A DNA stretch of 64,000 nt from Candidatus Magasanikiibacteriota bacterium (lineage in GTDB: Bacteria; Patescibacteriota; Patescibacteriia; Magasanikbacterales; GWA2-37-8). Both the position numbers and the translations under genes were made by a program. This document shows, piece by piece, positions 18,296-27,200 of the stretch. A model generated the notes under the pieces. The model did not search any database. It had not been told where the DNA came from and saw only the letters and a program-made list of their open reading frames with translations. Positions within the stretch are counted from its first letter, which is position 1; each line of letters begins with the position of its first letter. The stretch is taken from the NCBI GenBank assembly GCA_963802255.1, contig CAWDHY010000001.1, positions 171,842 through 235,841 on the forward strand, written 5' to 3'.

Positions 18296-21200
18296 ATGAA
18301 AAAGACGGCAAAAAATATCATGCTCGGTGTGTTTATTTTGCTTGTTTTTTTGTTGGCCGATTTAGCAAGTGCAATTCCAAATGCTATAAATTATCAGGCG
18401 CGTCTGCGCGATAATTTAGGCGCTCCAATTATTGCGTCAACCACTGTTCAATTTTCAATTTACAATAATCTAACCGGCGGTGCGCCAACTGACACTCCGG
18501 GACAAAGCGGTCCATTGCTTTGGACGGAAACATATGATCAGGCGAGTGGCGCTTGCGTTAAGGTATCTCCTGACGCAAATGGCTATTTTACTTTAACTCT
18601 TGGCGAGTGCGTTGCTTTCCCCGGTTATTTGGATTTTTCCAGTGGCACATATTATTTGGGTGTAAAGATTGATACCGATGCCGAAGCTTCGCCTCGGGTA
18701 AAATTAAATTCTCATCCATACGCTTTAAACTCTGACCGTGTAGACGGGTTTCACGCTACTTCCACCGCCACAGCCAATCAGTTGTTGGCGCTGGGAAATG
18801 ATTTAAGTTTTAATATTGGCACCGGTTCATATTCCGGAGCCGGAATTAGTCTCACGTCATCAACAGCCACGTCAAGCATAAGTGGCAATCTTTCGGTCAT
18901 TGGCAATTCCACTTTTGCCACCGCGACAATAGATAATCTAATCTTAACCAATCCGTTAACTTTAACAAATTTAAACTTCACAAATGCTACTGGCACAAAT
19001 TTATCACTTACTAATTTGACCGTTAGCGGTACTTCTACATTGGGCATTATTAATGCCGGTACATGGCAGGGGAGTATTATTGACCCGGCATATGGTGGTA
19101 CTGGTCAAGACACTTCCGGTTGGAGTGGATTTGTAAAATTATCAGCCGGAGTTTGGAGCACCTCAACTATCAGTTTAACTTCAGATGTTTCCGGAATATT
19201 ACCGATTGCCAACGGGGGTACCAATGCTTCATCTTTTTCGCCATATCAATTTTTATGGTTTGATGGTTCGCAGTTAACTGCCAGCGGATTTACCAGCTCA
19301 AGCTTCCTAACTTATGGCACGGACGATTGGGTGGATATCACCGGCGATACAATGACTGGAGCCTTGATAATAAATAACGACTTATCCGTAACAGGTACTT
19401 CTACATTGGCCACTACATCAGCAAGTAATTTGCGTTTAGGCGACGCCTATTTATTTCCAACAGATGCCCCTATTTTAGTTTCATATAAGCAATACACTGA
19501 CCTTACAAATTTTGAATTTTTTCCGGCACATGCCTTTATCGTTGATTTGTTGCCGACAGCTGACTCGTCATCAACCATTAATTCATTGATTTCTTTAACA
19601 ACCAATGAAAATAGTACCACCAGTTTTGATTTGATCGCCGGAACGTTGTCGCAAGTAATACACAATGGTTCAGGGGTAGTTGGCGCGGCTGTCGGTTCTT
19701 TGTCAGTCGCAGAATTAGCCAGCGCAACAGGCAGTATAAATTTTGCCGTAGGAGTTGCCGGGCAAGTGAACAATGGAATTGAGAACTCAACTTATTCCGG
19801 TACAATAAATATGGCGGCCGGTGTTTTGGCCATGATTGAAAATGGTATAGGTGGCGGTACTATTGGCAATGCTGCCGGGTTGATGACAAACATAACTATT
19901 GATGATGGTTTTATCAACAGTGCTTATGGCGCGAGGATAAATAATCCGACAAGTAATAGCGCTTCAGGAACTATTGGGGAGTTGTATGGCTTATATATAG
20001 AAGAACAAAATTTTGCCACTACTTCCAATTATAATATTTATTCGGGTGGTGCCAGTTCCACCAATTATTTTGGCGGGCGCGTTGGTATTGGTACAACGAC
20101 GCCGAGTTACAATTTGCATGTAGTTCATAATGAAAATTACAACGGACCGCTTGTAACTTTTGAAAATATAAATAACGGAGCAAGCTCAACTGAGCTGATG
20201 CAATTTAAAGTTGGCAATTATGGCGGTGGTATTGGTGTTGCTGGTGAAAATTTTAGTGATTGGGGGTTAACCAACATAGCCGGTTACACTGCTTTAGTAT
20301 CAGGGTTCCCCGGCGCCAGCGGCAACGGGCTTGCTTTACTTGCCGGCCAATCAGGTAATATCATTTTTTACTCTGGTGGCTATGGTCCACCGACAATGGA
20401 CACTGAAAGAATGCGTATTGAAAATGACGGACGAGTTGCCATTGGCACTTCATCAACATTTGAAATGCTTACTGTCGCCGGTGGTATTAATATCGGCGCT
20501 ACTACCACTCCGACTTCTACAGCCGGCACAATTGCTTTCAATGGCACTGACTTTATCGGCTACACCGGTTCGAGTTGGGTGTCTTTAACTGCCGGAATTG
20601 GCGGGGTGACGGGTTCGGGTTCAATCGGCCAACTTTCTTTCTGGGACAGTGCTTCATCAATTACTGGAACCACATCATTATTTTGGGATGATGCTAATGG
20701 TTATTTGGGTATTGGAACCAGTACCCCAGCATCAATTTTTTACGCAGTTGAAGACAATGATTCATGGACAATGGCTCAAGTGCACAATTTAAATACCGGC
20801 CCCAGTTCAACTGCATCTTTAATAGTGCGGGTGGGAGAAGATTGGGGAGGCGGGCTATTCCAAGCGTCACCAAATTTTAGCGATTATGGTTTAGCAAATC
20901 TGGCGGGATATACGGTTTTGTTATCGGGTGCTCCGGATATTCAGTCAAATGGTTTGGCATTAGCTGCCACCGGCGATGGTAATATGATTTTTTATGCTGG
21001 CGGTAATGGACCGCCGACAGCAGATGTTGAACGGATGCGCATAGAATCAAATGGTTTTGTGGGCATTGGAACATCTACACCGAATTATTTATTGGATATC
21101 TTTTCAACTTCTTCAACTGTTGATTTATTTCGTGCTTCTAATGGTAGTACCGGTTTATTTACTATAAATAATAATGGACGAGTTGGTATTGGAACGGATG

Positions 21201-24200
21201 TGTTGACCGGCAACAATCGTCTGCAAATAAATGTTGGTTCCAGCACGCCAACCATTTCGGCCGTGTCTTCTGTTTTTGAAATTGATTCTGAAAGCGGTGA
21301 TTTTTCTGATTTTAATTTCCGGCTTTCCACGACTGGAACAGGTTCCTATCCGGCAATGTATTTTTCTCGTTCCCGCGGTACGCTTGCAGTTCCGGAAATT
21401 TCACAAAATAATGATATTCTTGGTGAAAATATTTTCCAAGGATATTTTGGTACCGATTTTCAAAAGGCCGCAACGATAAGAGCAACTGTTGATGGTAACC
21501 CCACCACCTGGGCGGTGCCGGGTAAACTTTCATTCTTTACAGCTCCGGATATCGCAACTGGTACAGCGCCTTTAGAGCGCATGACTATTAGAAATACCGG
21601 TGATATTGGCATCGGTACCACAACACCGCTTGCCAAATTAGATATTTATGGTGATTTGATTTTATCCGGATCGGACCGGTATTTAAATTTTAATAATGCC
21701 ACCGGGTCGGATGGTTATGGTCTTAGAGACAATGGAGGCCGAATACAATTTAAACACGAAAGCGGATCATGGGAAGATTTATACGGTAAAATTAATCACA
21801 TAATAAATGTAGCAAAAAGCGGGGGAGATTTTAGTGATATCGGCGAGGCAATAGCATTTGCCAACTCATCAACATATGATGTGATTGTCAATATTTATCC
21901 CGGCATTTATGAAGTATCCTCAACATTAGAAATTACCAGCTCGTATATCAAAGGTATCAGAGGTATGTCGCTTAGTGGTGTCATACTTACGCCAACGGAT
22001 GCTTTGGTGACCGCGGCAGAACCGGTTTTTGATATTAATTTCACTTCTAGTTCATCAAATTTTTCCATGTCCGAGTTTACCATAGACGGTAGCGGTGCGT
22101 CCGGATTTAAAGATACGACGGGTTGTGACGCCATAAACATTTCAAGCGAAGGTACTGATTGGCTTGAATTAGAAAAATTATATATTTCAGATGTTAACCG
22201 CGGTATTGATTTACAAGTGGCCAATTTGGCGGATATCTATCATGTAGATTTTTACAATATTGGTAATGCCGGCGTATATATAGATAATGGCGGAATATTG
22301 CAGGTGGAAAATTCATATATGGAAGAATCGGACACCTATTATGCTTATATTGACAGTACAACAGGAGCCTCCGAATTTTATATGGTCGGCAGTGAGTTTG
22401 GTTCTTACAATGATTCGGGAACAGGTCTGTATATGGCCGGCGATAATTCATATTCGGAAATTCGTTATTCCAATATGTGGGGCCTGGATAATAATATTGT
22501 GGTAAATGATGCTTCAACTGTTAAAGTGACTGCCAGCTACCTGCAGAAAGCGCTAACTTATAATGTTGTCCAAAATGGCGATTCAACCGTTAATATTTCA
22601 TCAAGCGACGGAGCTTTTTCCAGCACTGATATCAGTATAAACAATGCGGACAATGTATATTTTTATGCTTTAGCAGAAGAAGAAAGCACGGTGCTTTTTG
22701 GCAGACACGACAATATTGATCAGGATATTTTGAAAGTTGATACCGGCCAGGCGCTTTTGCCAAAATTATCGTATCGGAAAGATTATTACGGAAACAGCGG
22801 CTTGTTATTTATCAATGATAACCCGGGCGAAGAAACAATGTTTGGCGTACAGGCGACCAGCAGTTGGGCGAGGTTATCCGCTGTTAGTGGGGATCGTGGT
22901 ACTGGTGCGGCTTTGCTTCTTTATTCTGATACCGAAGATTTTGGCACAACTTCCAGTTTGCGTGGATGGGCCATGTCCAGAAACGGCGCAGATGCAAATT
23001 TAATATTTTCATTTGACAACAGTGATACAGGGGATAGCAAATCAGTTGTTGAAGATAATCGCGTAATGGAGCTGGATGGTTTTAATACACAAATGCTGGT
23101 TAAAGGAGGCGCGATATTTAATACTTCAAGCGGTGCGTTTGATTTTATTGTCCACGGCGATAGTGATGATAATTTATTATTTGTCCAAGGAAGCTCAGAT
23201 AACATTGGTATTGGTACTTCAACGCCCGGATATAAACTTACAGTTGATGGTGATGTGAATATTACCGGTGCATATCGTATTAATGGCGTGTCACTAACCA
23301 CCTTGAATCCGGGGACGCTTACAGGACAGTTTGCTTATTGGGATGGCTCTGCGTGGTCGCCGACAAGTTCAGTGTTTATATCTTCTGATGGTAAAATCGG
23401 TATTGGTACAACTACTCCGTTAAACGCATTAAGCGTATCGGGTGGTATATATGTTGCGAGCGGCACACCTGCGAATACTGATTTTGCTCTTTATAATAAT
23501 AATGGTCAGCTATATTGGAATGGGTTGCCTGTTATGGGTGGAAGTACAAGCACATATATTATTGATTCTGACGGTGATACCAGAGTAATGACAGAGAATT
23601 CACCGGATGAAGATTATATCCGATTTGAAACTGCAGGCGTGCAAAGGATGGTTATTGATAATAACGGCCTAATTGCCATTAATACAACTACACAAGATGG
23701 TAGAGCAATGTATATTTATGGTGATATAAACAGTGATGTAACTTTAGCACTCCATAATAATAATGCCGGTGTTTCTTCAACAGCAGAATTGGCATTATAT
23801 AATGATCTGGGGAAAATTGGCGGATTAGCCGGGTTAAGTTCAGGGTGGAACGACGGTCTTCCCGGAATTTCCGGAAGCTTAGCTTTATATTCAGTGAGTG
23901 ATTTGTTATTATCCACCATGGGTGCGGGTGGTGATATTATTTTTGATGTTGATCCGAGCGATGAATTCAGGAGCTTAACGATTGCCGGTGTTGGCGGAGC
24001 TAACGCCGGATATGTTGGTATTGCAACTTCATCGCCCCTTGCTCCATTGGATGTTTATGGAAACATGATTTTGTCCGGAGATAATCGCTATATTAATTTC
24101 GGCACAACTACCGGAGTGGCTGGATATGGTTTTCGCGATAATAATGGTGTAATGGAGCTCCGGAATATTAATAATAATCTAAATGTTTGGTCGGAAATAG

Positions 24201-27200
24201 TTGTTGGCGACGCCCTTCTGGAAGCTAATGTCATTTATGTTTCTGGAGAAAGCGGTAATGATGTTTTTAGCGGTATGTCCCCAGCAAAAGCCAAAAAAAC
24301 AATTGGTGCGGCTATTACGGCGGCGGCTGCTTCAACCACGGCTAACAGTACATATTTAGTCAAAGTTGCACCGGGTACATATAATGAAAATATATCCATG
24401 GCAGATTATGTTCGTATTGAGGGGTCTGGCCGTAATACTGTCGTGAGCGGAACAATTACTTCAAATGTAAATACCAGCACTGTTTTAGAAAAAATTCGTG
24501 TTGTAAGTACAAACGATTACGCGATAAAATTGACTGGGGCTGGTCGTACAAATTTGAATAATATTGTCGTGGAGGCAAACTATAATAATGACGCGGCAGT
24601 GCAGGCGGCAGTTTATCAGGAAAAAGGTACGCTCTATGCGATGGGCGGTACCAGCCAATATAAATTAACACGTTCTAACGATGCGGCAGGTACAAAAATA
24701 AACACCTTATTTTATTTAAGCGGTAGCAATCTTATCCGCTCAAATATTTTGAATCTTGAAGCACAAGTTGTAACCTATGACACTACAGATGATTTATCTT
24801 ATATTTATACGGACAATAGTAATGCAAGTAGTGTCGCAACAGTAAAAGACGCAGTAGTTAGTTTTTCCGTCTATGGCAATCCTCCTGCAAATTTTATCAA
24901 ATACATTTATCATAGTGGCGCTTCTTTAAATAGTTATATTGATGCTAGTTTCTTAACTGCAGTCGCAATTTTCCCTGGTACGGTAAATTTTGTTCCGGCC
25001 TACATTGCTAATTCCGGCTCAACTTCCACCGTTAAAATTACCAACTCCACATTCAATTGGGCTGGTGCCGGTATTTCAGAAAATAGTGTTTATTTATCCG
25101 CTGCGATTACAGACAAAGATCAGGTTTCTTTAGTTGAAAATAGTTTTGGCACAGTGAGCGATATTTTCCCGGTGGCTTATACTACAGACGGATCTTCCGG
25201 TACAATAAGGTATTTTATTGAAAATGGTTTGGGGAATATCCAAAATACCGCTTTCACCACATATAATGGTAGTTTTGGTATTGGCACATCCACGCCTTAC
25301 GATCTTTTAGAAATTTGGGGAGTGGATCTTACATCAAGCCCGACATCAAGTCGGAACTATATTACTGTGGTGGCAAATGGCAACGGAGAAACCGGTAATT
25401 ATTTTCGTCGCGTAAATTCCGGCGGTTATGATAATGGCTGGAGTTGGTATATGCCAACGAGCAGTATGGACTTTCGTTTATGGGATGACTCGGTTGGGGC
25501 AGAAGGGGATGATGTTTTGACTGTGCAGGCCGGCACCGGCAATATTGGTATTGGCACGGCGCTGTATGATCCTCTTAACAAGCTTCATGTTGATGGCGGA
25601 ATATATTTGGGTGATACAGCGTCAGCGACATCAACTTATTCTTTATATAATATTGGCGGAGCATTGTATTGGAATGGAAATTTATTGATGAGTGCCGGCG
25701 GTTCTGCTGCAAATTGGATATTGGCCAGCCACAATGGATTGAATCTTACAACCTCAACAAGCATTCCTGTTTGGTTCCAAGATAGTGTTTATGCCAGTTC
25801 GTCATTATATGTTGATGGAGGATCATACTTGGCTACAACAACTATTTCTAATGCGACAGTCGGTTACCTGGTAATAAATAATACTGTAACTACAACTAAT
25901 CTTGTAGCGACCGGCAATATCACTTTGGGTGGTGTAGCCAGAAATACTTGGCCGTCCGGAGGCGGAGGCGATTCCAATTGGGCGACAACTTCGGCCAGTG
26001 TACTTTATCCCTCTTTGACCCCTCCTTATGCGGTGGTTATTGGAGCAAGTGTGACATCATCGGATGTAATTTTTGAGGTGGCTGGTGATTCGTATATGAG
26101 TGGTGATTTGAATGTAGGTGGTAGCCTAACAATTGATGGGAATTTTCAGGCTGACTATTTTACGGCAGTATCAACCACCGCAATTTCTTATCTTGGCGGT
26201 GGAATGGTGCTTGGCGACCCGAATGCTACCGGTATAACCGGTTATGAAAGAATAATTTTGAGCGATGATATTGGAGCTTTTTCTGACTTCTCATTTAAAG
26301 TTGCAGGCAATGGTTACCCGGTATTTAATCTGGGATCTTCCGGAGGCACAACTGCAGCGCCATCATTAACCGGCAATAATAACAATCTTGGCGGACTGGA
26401 TTTTTATGGTTATGATGGGGCGGCATGGCAAAAGGCAGGTGGTATCATTGGACAAGCTGACGGAACACCGGGGTTAAACAATATGCCAGGGAAAATTGTA
26501 TTTAGTACAACTCCGACTGGATCGGCAACCCCCGCAGACAGAATGGTAATTGATAGTAGAGGCTTTGTCGGGATAGGTACAACCACTCCGAGTGCTCCGT
26601 TGCACGTAGTCACCGCCACATCAGGCCCGGCCATGACAATACTTCAAAAAACAATTGCCGGCGCTACTAATTTAAATTTTGTCACGAATAATAATAAATA
26701 TTGGCAATTATCCAAACGTGATGCGACACAAGACGATAAGTTTATTTTCTATTATGTAAATGATAGCGGACTATTCACAAATATTTTGACTTTGGGGGCT
26801 ACCGGAACAGTGGGTATTAACAATGAAAATCCAAACGCCATGTTAACAATTTCCGGCACATCCACCTATCCGCTTTTGAATATTATGACCAGCTCTTCAG
26901 CCACTGGAATGTATATTAGTAATATTGGTAATGTTGGTATCGGAACAACAGACCCGAATTATCATAAATTAAGAGTTTATGCAGATGATAGCGATGTTTC
27001 GGCTGAAGTTAAGACAGCGTCATCGTCAAAAGTAGCCCTGTTTAATCTTAAGGCCGGTGGTGATACCAATGTTTTGCAACTCGGTTATTATGGATCCACT
27101 ACCCCTGGTTTTGCCGGCATCCCGCCGGACAGCGCCGTGTTTGACGCGGTCGCGCCTGGAGGAGCCTATATTATTAATGAAGCAAGCGGAGCCCCAATCG